A stretch of 64,000 bases of DNA, from positions 47,339 through 111,338 of the forward strand of contig WAKC01000043.1 of assembly GCA_015523605.1 (NCBI GenBank), in the 5' to 3' direction. The position numbers and the translations under genes are program-made. The notes beneath the pieces were generated by a model that was not told where the DNA came from, did not search any database, and was given only the letters and a program-made list of their open reading frames with translations. This document shows, piece by piece, positions 9,008 to 19,254 of this stretch (the stretch's first letter is position 1; every line of letters begins with the position of its first letter). This DNA comes from Candidatus Geothermarchaeota archaeon (GTDB lineage Archaea; Thermoproteota; Nitrososphaeria; Geothermarchaeales; JDFR-13).

Positions 9008-9721
9008 ATGAATCTCCGTCATATGGTTGATGATATTGGTCCTAGGAAGGATTCTAGGCTTGTAGTTGCACTCGACGTTAGAAGACCTAGATGGAGTCTG
9101 GAATGGATTAGAGCTTTTGTCGAGGAGTCTTCAAATTATATAGTAGGTATTAAGATTGGTGTCCCATCTATACTCTCCTTTGGACTTGAAAATATTTCTA
9201 GGGTTGTAAATGGTTTTAGAGATGTAATTTGGATAGCTGATATGAAGCTGGCGGATATAGGGTATGTGGGTAGGCTAATCGTAGATGAGATATCCAATGC
9301 AGGGTTTGACGCGATTATTATGCATGGGTTCGTAGGGTTTGAAAAGGGTGTGGGTGATACCATAGTTTATGCATCTGATAAGGGATTGTCACCCATCCTC
9401 GTAGCGGCTATGTCACATCCAGGTGGAGAAGAATATCTTAATAGAGTCTCAGGTGACATCCTTATGAAGTCAATAGACTATCCAGTTGAGGGATATATAC
9501 TTCCAGCTACATTCACTAAGTATATAAGGTTCTACCGTAAAATGGTTGGAGAGAGGGTAATCCTCTCCCCAGGTGTAGGGACACAGGGAGCAAAACCCGG
9601 TTCGGCAGTTTTGAATGGTGCAGATCTCGAGATAATAGGTAGATGGATTTATATGGATGAATCTCCTATTTCAAGGGTTAGAGAGCTACATGGTGTTTTG
9701 AGATGGCATCTGCAAGGATAG
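9008..9721 (+). CDS. pyrF: Orotidine-5'-phosphate decarboxylase
   Basis: VVALD, DMKLADIG, MSHPG, SPGVGTQG, IIGR. Confidence 0.92.
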   Translation: MNLRHMVDDIGPRKDSRLVVALDVRRPRWSLEWIRAFVEESSNYIVGIKIGVPSILSFGLENISRVVNGFRDVIWIADMKLADIGYVGRLIVDEISNAGFDAIIMHGFVGFEKGVGDTIVYASDKGLSPILVAAMSHPGGEEYLNRVSGDILMKSIDYPVEGYILPATFTKYIRFYRKMVGERVILSPGVGTQGAKPGSAVLNGADLEIIGRWIYMDESPISRVRELHGVLRWHLQG

Positions 9722-10317
9722 TATGGGAAGAGTTGATATATGACCTCTATAAACATGGCTTCATCCTCTTTGGAGAGTATACATTATCCTCAGGGTTAAA
9801 AAGTCCATATTACATTGATCTTAGACTCGCGTTTTCGGTGCCGCATATCCTTAGGAAGGTAACCTTCCTATATAGGCATGAAGCCTATAGATGTTGTCGT
9901 TTCGATTCTGTAGCCGGTATCGAGATGGGGAGTATCCCCATAGCCGGTATATTGGCTTATACAATGGACGTTCCAATGGTATATGTAAGGAAGAGTGCAA
10001 AGGAGTATGCAACTAAGAAGTATGTAGAGGGTATTGTTAATAAGGGGGATAGGGTGTTAGTGTTAGAAGATGTCTCAACCACCGGTTCAAGCATTATACA
10101 CGCGGTTGAGAAGTTGAGGGAGGTGGGTGCTATAGTTGATAAGGCTATCGTCTTTATTGATAGGGAGCAGGGAGCCGTTGATACTCTTAAGGAGATGGGT
10201 GTTGATCTCATTCCGATTTATAGAGTAACTGAAATCATGGATTTACTACATGATGGTGGTTATATAGACAAGGAAAAGTATAATACGGTTATGGAGTATA
10301 TATCTAGACAAAGATGA
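9703..10317 (+). CDS. pyrE: Orotate phosphoribosyltransferase
   Basis: LSSGLKSPYYID, VRK..K.Y, VLEDVSTTGSS. Confidence 0.93.
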   Translation: MASARIVWEELIYDLYKHGFILFGEYTLSSGLKSPYYIDLRLAFSVPHILRKVTFLYRHEAYRCCRFDSVAGIEMGSIPIAGILAYTMDVPMVYVRKSAKEYATKKYVEGIVNKGDRVLVLEDVSTTGSSIIHAVEKLREVGAIVDKAIVFIDREQGAVDTLKEMGVDLIPIYRVTEIMDLLHDGGYIDKEKYNTVMEYISRQR

Positions 10318-11231
10318 GTTGGAAAGGTCGGGATGTTATAAATATCCTGGATTTTTCCCGTGAAGACCTCGACCTCCTCTTCCAACTAGCGAACCGGTAT
10401 GCCGATGAGGACTATAGAGGTAATGACTTGGAGAATAGGATGGCTGCTCTACTCTTTCTCGAGCCCAGTACTAGGACGATGTATAGCTTCATGTCTGCAG
10501 TATACAGGTTAGGTGGTAAACCCATAACTCTCTCTAAGACTGAGGCATCATCAATAGCGAAGGGAGAGACATTCGGCGATACTATTAGAATGTTCGATTC
10601 ATACTCAGATGTTATAATTGTTAGGGATAGACGTGAAGGAGCGGCGAAGTATGCAGCGGATATTGCGGAGTCTCCCGTTATAAATGGGGGTGATGGAGCC
10701 CATAATCATCCAACGCAGGCAATGATAGACCTCTTCACAATCACTAGATATAGAGGGAGTGTTGACGGTCTGAAGGTGGGGGTCTTAGGAGACCTCAAAT
10801 ATGGAAGGGCTGCGGCATCCTTCATCCTTGGTCTTACAATATATGATCCAGATACTATATACCTGATTTCTCCGGAGAGTCTCAGGCTTAAGAAGGAGGT
10901 TAGGGATTACCTTGATAGAGTTGGGGTAAAATATTTTGAGACTGAGGACTTAACGGATATCCTTCCCGAGCTTGACGTCCTATATGTAACCAGGATTCAG
11001 AAGGAGAGGTTCCCAGATCCATTGGAGTATGAAAGGGTACGGGGTAGCTATAAAATAGATCTTTCCATACTCTCAAATGCTAAGGATGATCTTATGGTTA
11101 TGCATCCCCTCCCTAGAGTCGATGAGATATCTACCGATGTCGATAATAGTAAGTATCAATATTATTTTAAGCAGGCCCATAATGGTGTATATCTTAGAAT
11201 GGCCCTATTGAAGCTTATAATGGGCGATTGA
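10314..11231 (+). CDS. pyrB: Aspartate carbamoyltransferase catalytic subunit
   Basis: EPSTRT, KGE, HPTQ, RIQKER, HPLP. Confidence 0.96.
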   Translation: MSWKGRDVINILDFSREDLDLLFQLANRYADEDYRGNDLENRMAALLFLEPSTRTMYSFMSAVYRLGGKPITLSKTEASSIAKGETFGDTIRMFDSYSDVIIVRDRREGAAKYAADIAESPVINGGDGAHNHPTQAMIDLFTITRYRGSVDGLKVGVLGDLKYGRAAASFILGLTIYDPDTIYLISPESLRLKKEVRDYLDRVGVKYFETEDLTDILPELDVLYVTRIQKERFPDPLEYERVRGSYKIDLSILSNAKDDLMVMHPLPRVDEISTDVDNSKYQYYFKQAHNGVYLRMALLKLIMGD

Positions 11232-11232
11232 G

Positions 11233-11703
11233 ATGGAGGGCATACTCGTTAGGAAGATTAAAGATGGAACTGTAATAGACCATATCCCAGCTGGTATGGC
11301 TTTCACAGTGCTTAGGATTCTAGGCCTTGTAAGGAGTCCCGAGTCTAGATTGGCCGTAATTGTAAATACCGATAGTGGAAAGTATGGTAGTAAGGATATT
11401 ATAAAAATTGAGAACAAGTATATAGAGGGTGATCTACTGAATAAGATAGCATTGATAGCTCCCCATGCCACTATTAATATCATAAAGGATTATGAGATCG
11501 TGGAGAAGTATAGGGTTGACCTCCCGGACAAGATTGAGAATGTCGTAAAATGTAGTAATCCTGTATGTATAACAAATAGTGAGAGAGAGGCGGTTACTCC
11601 ATCCTTCGAGGTAGTCTCTAAAGAGCCTGTAAGACTTAAATGTACATACTGCGGTAGATATACCGAGTTCGAGGATATTATTAAACAATTTACTGAGAAA
11701 TGA
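11233..11703 (+). CDS. pyrI: Aspartate carbamoyltransferase regulatory subunit
   Basis: GTVIDHI, KDIIKIE, C.NP.C...C.YC zinc site. Confidence 0.95.
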   Translation: MEGILVRKIKDGTVIDHIPAGMAFTVLRILGLVRSPESRLAVIVNTDSGKYGSKDIIKIENKYIEGDLLNKIALIAPHATINIIKDYEIVEKYRVDLPDKIENVVKCSNPVCITNSEREAVTPSFEVVSKEPVRLKCTYCGRYTEFEDIIKQFTEK

Positions 11704-12947
11704 TTATAGAGGGTAGAGCCTACTATAATGGTGAGGTTAAACATCTATATCTAACTATTGAGGACGGTATTATAAGGGATGTAAGCCTATCGATAGGTAA
11801 GTCTCTAAAGCCGGACGTCAAATATACTGATAAAGGGGTTTTGATACTCCCAGGTTTTATCGATATTCATGTTCATCTAAGGGATTTTGAGCAGGCCTAT
11901 AAAGAGGATTTCTATACAGGTACAGCCGCAGCCGCTGCCGGCGGTGTAACACTTGTCTTTGATATGCCTAATACAGTTCCGAGGAATAATAGGCTATCCA
12001 TCTTGAACTATAGGGATACTGTAGCGAATAGAAAGTCGGTAGTCGATTATGGATTGTATTATGGTGTACCGCCGAACCTTGACGAGTTGTTTGGGTATGA
12101 GGAGCTGGCTATAGGTATGAAGGTCTATCCAGATGATTTCAAGAATTACAAGCTTGACCATATTTCAGATGTTATGATATATAATCACGCTAAGGGTATT
12201 GTTACTGTTTTCCATGCTGAGGATCCGGATGGCTATGTAGAGGGTGTAGAGGATCCTGAGGTTGAGGCTGAGGGTGTTAAGTATGTGGCTGAATACACAC
12301 GTTCTATTGGTGTCCCCGTGCATATAACCCATGTGACCTGTGGAGACTTTATATTTGAAGCTAAGCGTAGGAATAAAGGATTGACGGTCGATGTAACACC
12401 CCATCATCTTATGCTCTCTAGGGAGAAGGTTAACCATCCGTATAGGAGGGTTAGGCCTCCTCTAAGAGATGGTAAGTGTGTAGAGTCTCTCGTTAAGGAG
12501 CTTAACGGTGTAGTAGATATATATGCGACGGACCATGCCCCCCATACCGATGAGGAGAAGGGTGTAGGTATAAATGGGTTTCCAGGTCTTGAGACTGCTT
12601 TCAACGTATTGGCCACATTATATAAGAAAGGTGTTATAAGCCTTGATAGGATTGTAGAGCTCTACTCAATAAACCCGGCCAGACGCTTCGGTCTTGACGG
12701 GTTCCTAGGATATATTGAGAAGGACTATCTAGCCAATTTAAGTATTGTGAATCTTGATGTAGAGGTTAAGATTGATCCGTCAAAATTCTTTTCCAAAGCT
12801 AAACACTCGCCTTTTGATGGTATGAAGCTGATGGGTAAGGTAGTGTCGACATATGTTAGGGGTGTTGAAGTATATAATGGGGAGGATATCACTGTGGAGC
12901 ACGGATATGGTGAGAATGTTCTCCGTATTAGGAGGTGGGTAAGATAA
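11700..12947 (+). CDS. pyrC: Dihydroorotase
   Basis: PGFIDIHVHLR, DMPNT, HAED, TDHAPH. Confidence 0.93.
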   Translation: MIIEGRAYYNGEVKHLYLTIEDGIIRDVSLSIGKSLKPDVKYTDKGVLILPGFIDIHVHLRDFEQAYKEDFYTGTAAAAAGGVTLVFDMPNTVPRNNRLSILNYRDTVANRKSVVDYGLYYGVPPNLDELFGYEELAIGMKVYPDDFKNYKLDHISDVMIYNHAKGIVTVFHAEDPDGYVEGVEDPEVEAEGVKYVAEYTRSIGVPVHITHVTCGDFIFEAKRRNKGLTVDVTPHHLMLSREKVNHPYRRVRPPLRDGKCVESLVKELNGVVDIYATDHAPHTDEEKGVGINGFPGLETAFNVLATLYKKGVISLDRIVELYSINPARRFGLDGFLGYIEKDYLANLSIVNLDVEVKIDPSKFFSKAKHSPFDGMKLMGKVVSTYVRGVEVYNGEDITVEHGYGENVLRIRRWVR

Positions 12948-13690
12948 GATATAGACGGGCATTTGTAAAGGAGAATATAGAAGTATGTAGGGATCTATAT
13001 CACCTATACCTCGAAGTGGATATGAAAAATGTCGAGCCAGGACATTTTATAATGGTTTGGATTCCAGAGCTTGAAGAGGTCCCGATGGCACCCTCTCTAT
13101 ATCGCGACGGTGTAATGAGAATCACTTATAAAGTTGTGGGTGAGACCACCAAATATATGTCCGGCCTATCCATAGGAGATGAGATATTCGTGAGAGGTCC
13201 ATTGGGGAAGCCGTTCGACCTCTCAATGAATGGAAGGTATCTCTTGATTGGGGGTGGTGTAGGAGCGGCTCCTCTAATATATGCTGCACATAGACTTGCT
13301 GAGAAGAATTATAGCTTTACATATGTAGAGGGAGTTCCCAATAAGGGTTATAAAATGTTTATTCAGGAGGCTATCTCAATGGGTGGTGAGGCTATCCTCT
13401 ATACCGAGGATGGTTCTGAGGGGTTCTCTGGACTTCCGACTGACTATCTCAGAGATAATATCAACGATTATGATATGGTATTGGCATGTGGCCCAGAAGC
13501 ATTTAATAAGGCGGTTTACGAATTGTGCAGAGATTCCAAGGTAAATTGTCAGATATCAATGGAGAGGATTGTTAAATGTGGTGTCGGAGTATGTGGCTCA
13601 TGTGTTATTGAAGAAACCGGGCTACTGGTATGCTTAGATGGACCAGTCTTCAGCGTCTCAATGTTGAGAGAGAAGGGATATGACTGCTGA
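12935..13690 (+). CDS. pyrK: Dihydroorotate dehydrogenase electron transfer subunit
   Basis: RGPLG, GGGVGAAP, CGP, CGVGVCGSC...C.DGPVF 2Fe-2S motif. Confidence 0.92.
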   Translation: MGKIRYRRAFVKENIEVCRDLYHLYLEVDMKNVEPGHFIMVWIPELEEVPMAPSLYRDGVMRITYKVVGETTKYMSGLSIGDEIFVRGPLGKPFDLSMNGRYLLIGGGVGAAPLIYAAHRLAEKNYSFTYVEGVPNKGYKMFIQEAISMGGEAILYTEDGSEGFSGLPTDYLRDNINDYDMVLACGPEAFNKAVYELCRDSKVNCQISMERIVKCGVGVCGSCVIEETGLLVCLDGPVFSVSMLREKGYDC

Positions 13691-13727
13691 TTTAAAATTG
13701 TTTACATGACATTCATATTAAATAAGA

Positions 13728-14639
13728 ATGAGCCGAGCCAATCTTGAAGTCGAGTTATCCGGAGTAAAACTTAGAAATCCTCTTATATTGGCATCCGGCT
13801 TTGTTGATGACGACCCTAGCCTATTACTAAGGGCTTGGAAGGCTGGCTTTGGCGCATTAACAACCAAGAGTCTAACCCCCAAACCCAGAGAGGGTTATAA
13901 ACCACCTATAATCGCTTTCACTAAGGCAGGGTATCTAAATGCGGTTGGTCTTGCAAACCCTGGTATAGAGAGCCTTCCACATCTACTATCAAAACTACCA
14001 GAGGAGGCCAAGGTAATAGTGAGTTTAGCCGGCTCTACACCAGAAGATTTCCGGTATTCTAGTGAGAAGGCAGATAAAGCCAAAGTTGATATAATAGAGT
14101 TGAATCTTAGTTGTCCTCATGTTAAGGGAATGGGAATGGATATAATCCATGATATATCATATTCACTTGAGGTTATTGAGAGTGTAGTCTCAACATCTTC
14201 CAAACCGGTATTTGTTAAATTGGGTTTGACAGATACGTACCTATCTCTCGTCTCAAGAGCTCTTGATAAGGGTGTATCCGGCTTCACAATCATGAATACT
14301 GTTAGGGCAATGGCTATAGACATTGAATCTTTGAAACCAGTTCTTAGTAATGTATTCGGTGGATTGAGTGGTCCAGCCATACATCCCATTGCAGTTAGAA
14401 TGGTCTATGAGGTCTATAGCGAATTTAGTATTCCTATAATAGGTGTAGGTGGTGTTGATGACTGGACCGATGTTATCGAGTTCATCGCGGCTGGAGCGAG
14501 TGGAGTGGGTATAGGCTCATATCTCTTCCTTAGATCTGTTGAAAAGATAGACGTGTTGTTGAAAGGTGTTGAGAAGTTCATGGTTGATAGAGGTTTTAGC
14601 AGTATATCGGAGATTAGAGGTATTGCGATTAAAAGATGA
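13728..14639 (+). CDS. pyrD: Dihydroorotate dehydrogenase catalytic subunit (class 1B)
   Basis: NPLILASG, NAVGL.NPG, ELNLSCPH, GGLSGPAI. Confidence 0.94.
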   Translation: MSRANLEVELSGVKLRNPLILASGFVDDDPSLLLRAWKAGFGALTTKSLTPKPREGYKPPIIAFTKAGYLNAVGLANPGIESLPHLLSKLPEEAKVIVSLAGSTPEDFRYSSEKADKAKVDIIELNLSCPHVKGMGMDIIHDISYSLEVIESVVSTSSKPVFVKLGLTDTYLSLVSRALDKGVSGFTIMNTVRAMAIDIESLKPVLSNVFGGLSGPAIHPIAVRMVYEVYSEFSIPIIGVGGVDDWTDVIEFIAAGASGVGIGSYLFLRSVEKIDVLLKGVEKFMVDRGFSSISEIRGIAIKR

Positions 14640-14645
14640 GTGTCT

Positions 14646-15485
14646 CTAGAGGAGACCACTTATCAATAATCCTGTGTAAAGCAGGGCAAGTGTTGGGCTA
14701 CTTATCTTAAAGCTTTTCCATGCAGTGTCCTTATTAAACTTGACCCAGATAATGTAGATTGCATAAGACAGCAGTAGGATTGATATGGTAGCCATCAATC
14801 TATATGCTATGTCCATAATTAGGAAGAGTGTAGGCACTATAGTCACTATTGTCATTAAATAGAATACTATGATCATCTTCTTGGTATATTCATCACTCTT
14901 TACTACGGGTAGCATCGGAAGGTCAACCAGTTTATAATCCTCTTTTACCTTATATGCTAAGCTCCAGAAGTGTCCAGGTGACCATAGGAATACTATAAGT
15001 GCGAGGAGAATGGGTTCTATTGAGAGTGGGCGGCCTGCTGCCAGCCAACCGGTTATCGTAGGCATTGAGCCTGCGAATCCACCTATTACAGTATTCCATA
15101 TGGTTCTCTTCTTGAGGTAGATTGAATATACTAGAATGTAGTATAGCCCCCCTATAAGGGCGGATAGCCCTGCATAAAGCCCGAAAAAATAGGTTATTAG
15201 GAGGACTCCTGTGGCTAACCATATTGCCCCTATCTCAATGGCGGATTTAGGTGGTATCTCCCCACTTGGAATTGGCCGAAACCTAGTCCTTAACATTGTG
15301 AAGTCAAGGTCTCTATCTATGTAACTGTTGATAGCGTTTGAACCGAATACGGCTAACAACCCTCCTATGAAGAATAGGATGAGCCCGTGGTCTATTCCGG
15401 GTCTAGCGTATACATATGTTGCAATGGCAGTGTAGATGAGTAGTGAGGCGATTCTCGGCTTTCCAAGCCGGATATAACTCATCAT
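14646..15485 (-). CDS. ctaB: Protoheme IX farnesyltransferase (heme o synthase)
   Basis: KPRI, N.YIDRDLD..M.RT..RPIPSG, LKKRT..NTVIGG, W.PGHF. Confidence 0.92.
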   Translation of the reverse strand: MMSYIRLGKPRIASLLIYTAIATYVYARPGIDHGLILFFIGGLLAVFGSNAINSYIDRDLDFTMLRTRFRPIPSGEIPPKSAIEIGAIWLATGVLLITYFFGLYAGLSALIGGLYYILVYSIYLKKRTIWNTVIGGFAGSMPTITGWLAAGRPLSIEPILLALIVFLWSPGHFWSLAYKVKEDYKLVDLPMLPVVKSDEYTKKMIIVFYLMTIVTIVPTLFLIMDIAYRLMATISILLLSYAIYIIWVKFNKDTAWKSFKISSPTLALLYTGLLISGLL

Positions 15486-15487
15486 AT

Positions 15488-15940
15488 TTAATCCCTTAAA
15501 CTCATCGCCACCGAGGTCATAAATATGGATGCGCCGAAGGTTAGGGTGGCTATTGCGAGGTGTGTAGCAGATAGTATCTGATTTAGATGTTGATTCACGA
15601 CTAGCATACCAAGGAATATTTGGATTAGGAGTAATGCATCTGTTACGGCTATGGAGAGGATCATCTTCCTATTATCTCTAAACTCTTTGAATATGTATAA
15701 TGTTGCTCCTAATGCTATCCATCCGGTGAAGAATGCTATTATACGGTGAAAATACTCAAGAAAAACATTTATATCTGTGAATAAATCTGGTGGAATAAGA
15801 TACCCATTACATAAGGGCCAGTCTGGCCCACATCCTAGTCCGGCCCCCATTGCCCTTACATATCCACCCCATGCTATGGCTAGGAATATCATTGATGTGT
15901 ATAGAAGTGCAAGTCCCTTAGCCACCGCAACTCTATTCAT
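15488..15940 (-). CDS. ctaA: Heme A synthase, short 4-TM archaeal form
   Basis: GLGCGPDWPLC, EYFHR, QI.LG...V, H.A; half the length of bacterial CtaA. Confidence 0.85.
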   Translation of the reverse strand: MNRVAVAKGLALLYTSMIFLAIAWGGYVRAMGAGLGCGPDWPLCNGYLIPPDLFTDINVFLEYFHRIIAFFTGWIALGATLYIFKEFRDNRKMILSIAVTDALLLIQIFLGMLVVNQHLNQILSATHLAIATLTFGASIFMTSVAMSLRD

Positions 15941-16103
15941 GGCACATCCACTTTATAACAATGTTAAATCTTTTTACAATATAAGATGGGGTATATAACC
16001 GTTTACATTATTTTTTTGATGTATCAATATTTCGGCTGTTTGACTATACGAAGTTTTAAATTTATCCCGATTTTTAATTGCGCGAGAGTGTCTTTACTAT
16101 TGG

Positions 16104-16643
16104 GTGGATAAAATGTCTATATATACTGGTAAGGGAGATGATGGACTAACCTTCTGTATGCTGTTAGGCAAACGAGTTCCGAAGGATCATCCCGTGATGG
16201 AGTTTCTAGGCACATTAGATGAGGCTAATTCACATTTAGGAGTTGTAAGGGCCTATCTAGATTCCGAAGAGGATATAGAGCTTGTTATTTATCTTCAGAG
16301 GCTACTCTTTAGAATAGGTTTTACAGTAGCTGGTAAACCATCCATATCTGAAAAAGATGTGGAGAATTTAGAGTCTTACACAGATGAGTTCTATAATGAG
16401 GCTAGGTTGAGAGAGTTTATATTGCCCGGTGGAGACCCAGCAATAAGTCATCTACATTTGGCTAGAGCCGTTGTTAGAAGAGCTGAGAGAAGGTTTATAA
16501 CTGCATCTAAGGCTGAGGATATTCCAGAATCTAAACTAATAATAAAGATTCTTAATAGGATGAGCGACATGATATTCTCCTATGCCTTATACCTTGCGAA
16601 GAAAAGAGGCATTAAAAATATACCTGTTAAGGAGAGAGATTAG
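16104..16643 (+). CDS. pduO: ATP:cob(I)alamin adenosyltransferase (PduO type)
   Basis: IYTGKGDDG.T, GTLDEANS, FILPGG, RAVVRRAER, LNRMSD. Confidence 0.9.
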   Translation: MDKMSIYTGKGDDGLTFCMLLGKRVPKDHPVMEFLGTLDEANSHLGVVRAYLDSEEDIELVIYLQRLLFRIGFTVAGKPSISEKDVENLESYTDEFYNEARLREFILPGGDPAISHLHLARAVVRRAERRFITASKAEDIPESKLIIKILNRMSDMIFSYALYLAKKRGIKNIPVKERD

Positions 16644-16716
16644 AATTTATTTTAATTTATTTTCTATATCATATCTATCTTAGCTGTGACATGCTTCGTA
16701 GGCTGGGGACTATCTA

Positions 16717-18261
16717 ATGTCTGAAGATTATGCGGTTGATAGTATTGACACTGGTTTAAGACTCCCAATCCTTTATAATGTAGTCTTTTCAGTCTTTAAC
16801 GCTGTAATATCTATCTCATATATAATCCTTTTGGCTAGGGTATTAATCCCAAGTGAGTTTCTGGCCTACTCAAGTATATTCACTTTTTACACATTGATGG
16901 CTCCACTCCTCACGAGGGTGGTTCAATGGTCAGCGAGGGACTATGTTCGCCTTGGAGATGATGTTAAACCTCTATTTTCAGGGCTCTATACACTTACACT
17001 GGTTATTGGGGTGTTATTAGCCCCAACTTTTATTCATCTATTCATTAAATCACTCACATTTGAGGATCTCCTAGTTATTATAGCCTATGGAGTAGTCATA
17101 ATAACATATTCATATGCAATTAATGTAGTTGCATTGGTAGGCCCTAGATTCTTCAATTTAATCTTACTTATAAGTCTCTTAACCAGGTTCTCTCTTGTTT
17201 TCGTCATTCTATTTATTCAAGGCTCTTTATCATATATTATACCTCTTAGTATGGAGGTGGTTGGTTATACTTTTGCTATATTATCTTCCATGGTTTTTAT
17301 GAGGGGAAGAATCTCCCTCTCTCTGTTTATCCCCAGTATGCCATCCACAAAATACGTTGTAAGGATAGTCAAACTTTCTATTGCAAATTATATCAATGTA
17401 TTGAGAGGTAACTTGGGTGATATTCACTATTTCATTGCCTTCTTTATGGGGCTTGCAGATATATTAGTGAATTCGTTATGGATTGTATACCGTATTCTAA
17501 ACTGGGGTAAATCTTTTTTCAGAGGCTTCTTCATAGTCGTGTATTCAAGACAGTTCTACCGTAGAATGAGCCGTTATGACTTCACCAGCTACTTGAACCT
17601 ACTGTTATATCTCATAGTCCCAATGTTTATGATGAGCCTAGTCATACATAGATCTATAACCTCCATATTTAATCCACAGTACGTAGTATATTCACAACTC
17701 GTCCCTATAGCCATACTTCTTATATTCCTTGAGTCTCTTAGGATTACGTTTTTAAGACTTGTTTTTGGTAGTGAGACGATAGATGCAAATATGGATGGCA
17801 TCGATTTTAGGGGGATATTCAAATCCCGATTCTTTACGATCTCCTTTATTCAGATTAAGGTCATGGTTTTATCTATATTAATGTTATTAATTACAAGCAT
17901 ATTCTTAGTTATCCAAGGATCTGTTGAATATGTTCCATTTGCATTTCTGATATATTTCATTTTTGAGGCTATGGTTGAAGTCATAATTATGTATAGGAAG
18001 GTATCCTCTGATATGGAGGTTAAGATAGACTATAAAACACCCCTTTATTTAGTAGTTGCTTCTATCCCCTCCCTCATATATCTAAGCTATATAGGTGCAA
18101 ACAATATTATAGTAAGGGATATTTTTCCAGACGTAATTCCTCTCCTCCTCCATATCTCCATCGCATTTACGATCTATGTCGTGTTCTCATTATTAAGTGG
18201 TTGGGTTAGAAAAGAGTTAAAAGGATTGATAAAATATGTCTTCCGTGTAGAGGTTAGATAG
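16717..18261 (+). CDS. Polytopic membrane protein, probable MOP/Wzx-type oligosaccharide flippase
   Basis: About 14 hydrophobic segments; N-terminal LARVL.PSEF..Y pattern resembles flippases. Confidence 0.6.
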   Translation: MSEDYAVDSIDTGLRLPILYNVVFSVFNAVISISYIILLARVLIPSEFLAYSSIFTFYTLMAPLLTRVVQWSARDYVRLGDDVKPLFSGLYTLTLVIGVLLAPTFIHLFIKSLTFEDLLVIIAYGVVIITYSYAINVVALVGPRFFNLILLISLLTRFSLVFVILFIQGSLSYIIPLSMEVVGYTFAILSSMVFMRGRISLSLFIPSMPSTKYVVRIVKLSIANYINVLRGNLGDIHYFIAFFMGLADILVNSLWIVYRILNWGKSFFRGFFIVVYSRQFYRRMSRYDFTSYLNLLLYLIVPMFMMSLVIHRSITSIFNPQYVVYSQLVPIAILLIFLESLRITFLRLVFGSETIDANMDGIDFRGIFKSRFFTISFIQIKVMVLSILMLLITSIFLVIQGSVEYVPFAFLIYFIFEAMVEVIIMYRKVSSDMEVKIDYKTPLYLVVASIPSLIYLSYIGANNIIVRDIFPDVIPLLLHISIAFTIYVVFSLLSGWVRKELKGLIKYVFRVEVR

Positions 18262-19204
18262 AGGCTTTTAACCTAGGGGGATAACTAGATGGCATAACCC
18301 ATTGTACACCCTTTGTAGGCTGTTCGATCACGATATAAAAACCTACTAGGTTAAACTCATACTCTGGAGGTGTCTTGAAGGTCAATACTAGCATCATTAT
18401 CTCTCCCTTTCCCAGGTATATACTGTATCTCCTACCGGCATATATCTCGTCGGGCAGAAACACAAGGTCCTTATAGATATAAATTTGTATTGTTCCCTCG
18501 AAATCATCTTTTTCAGCCGTCAAAACTACTGTGGCAGTTACTCTCTGGTTTGGCCTAGCCAGGTTTATTTCCTCACCTTCAGAATTCCATTTAACATCTA
18601 AGACAACTAATTTACCGTTGGGAAATCTAACCTTCTCATCTAATAGATAGGACCTCATGACTTTTAGAAGGCTTATATCAACACTATATTCTATAGGTTT
18701 TAAGACCGGTACACCACCGATCCTAAGATATGAAATACCCTCTATGTAAATATTCATAAAGCCATTTGAGATTAGGAGTTGGTTTATGAATCTAGCATCC
18801 TTAGGTATAGGTATCCTTAAGGTGAGGTTGAGTTTATAGTCGTCATTGGGGAGAAGCTCTTCACTTATCGTTGCGGTTCCACTTAAAGTCACTCTACCGT
18901 TAACCCGAATCCTATAATTTATCTTCTCAATAGCGGAGGGGATTAATCCGTTATTCACAATTTTAAGTGGGATCTGAACATTTATGGTATCTATCCATTC
19001 AACTACCTCAGGATATGGGGGCTCCCCACCAAATAATTTGTATAAAGGAAATCTGCCCTTAGCATCTGGATCGATATTCACTACAGGTGTGTCCGAGGAT
19101 ATTGGCCCAATAATTATGTTTATATTATGGTAGGTAAACATTAGAGAGGTGAAGATAAGCCCCGAAAAAATGAAAAATAATATATGATTTCCAATATTAC
19201 TCAC
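18254..19204 (-). CDS. Membrane-anchored LEA_2/WHy-like domain protein
   Basis: N-terminal TM helix; LKIVNNG.IP..IEKINY.I.VNG pattern typical of LEA_2; beta-rich C-terminal domain. Confidence 0.55.
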   Translation of the reverse strand: MSNIGNHILFFIFSGLIFTSLMFTYHNINIIIGPISSDTPVVNIDPDAKGRFPLYKLFGGEPPYPEVVEWIDTINVQIPLKIVNNGLIPSAIEKINYRIRVNGRVTLSGTATISEELLPNDDYKLNLTLRIPIPKDARFINQLLISNGFMNIYIEGISYLRIGGVPVLKPIEYSVDISLLKVMRSYLLDEKVRFPNGKLVVLDVKWNSEGEEINLARPNQRVTATVVLTAEKDDFEGTIQIYIYKDLVFLPDEIYAGRRYSIYLGKGEIMMLVLTFKTPPEYEFNLVGFYIVIEQPTKGVQWVMPSSYPPRLKASI

Positions 19205-19254
19205 AAAAAGGTAATTATTCCGGCAAAAATAAAAAATAAAAAAGGGGGTGGATG

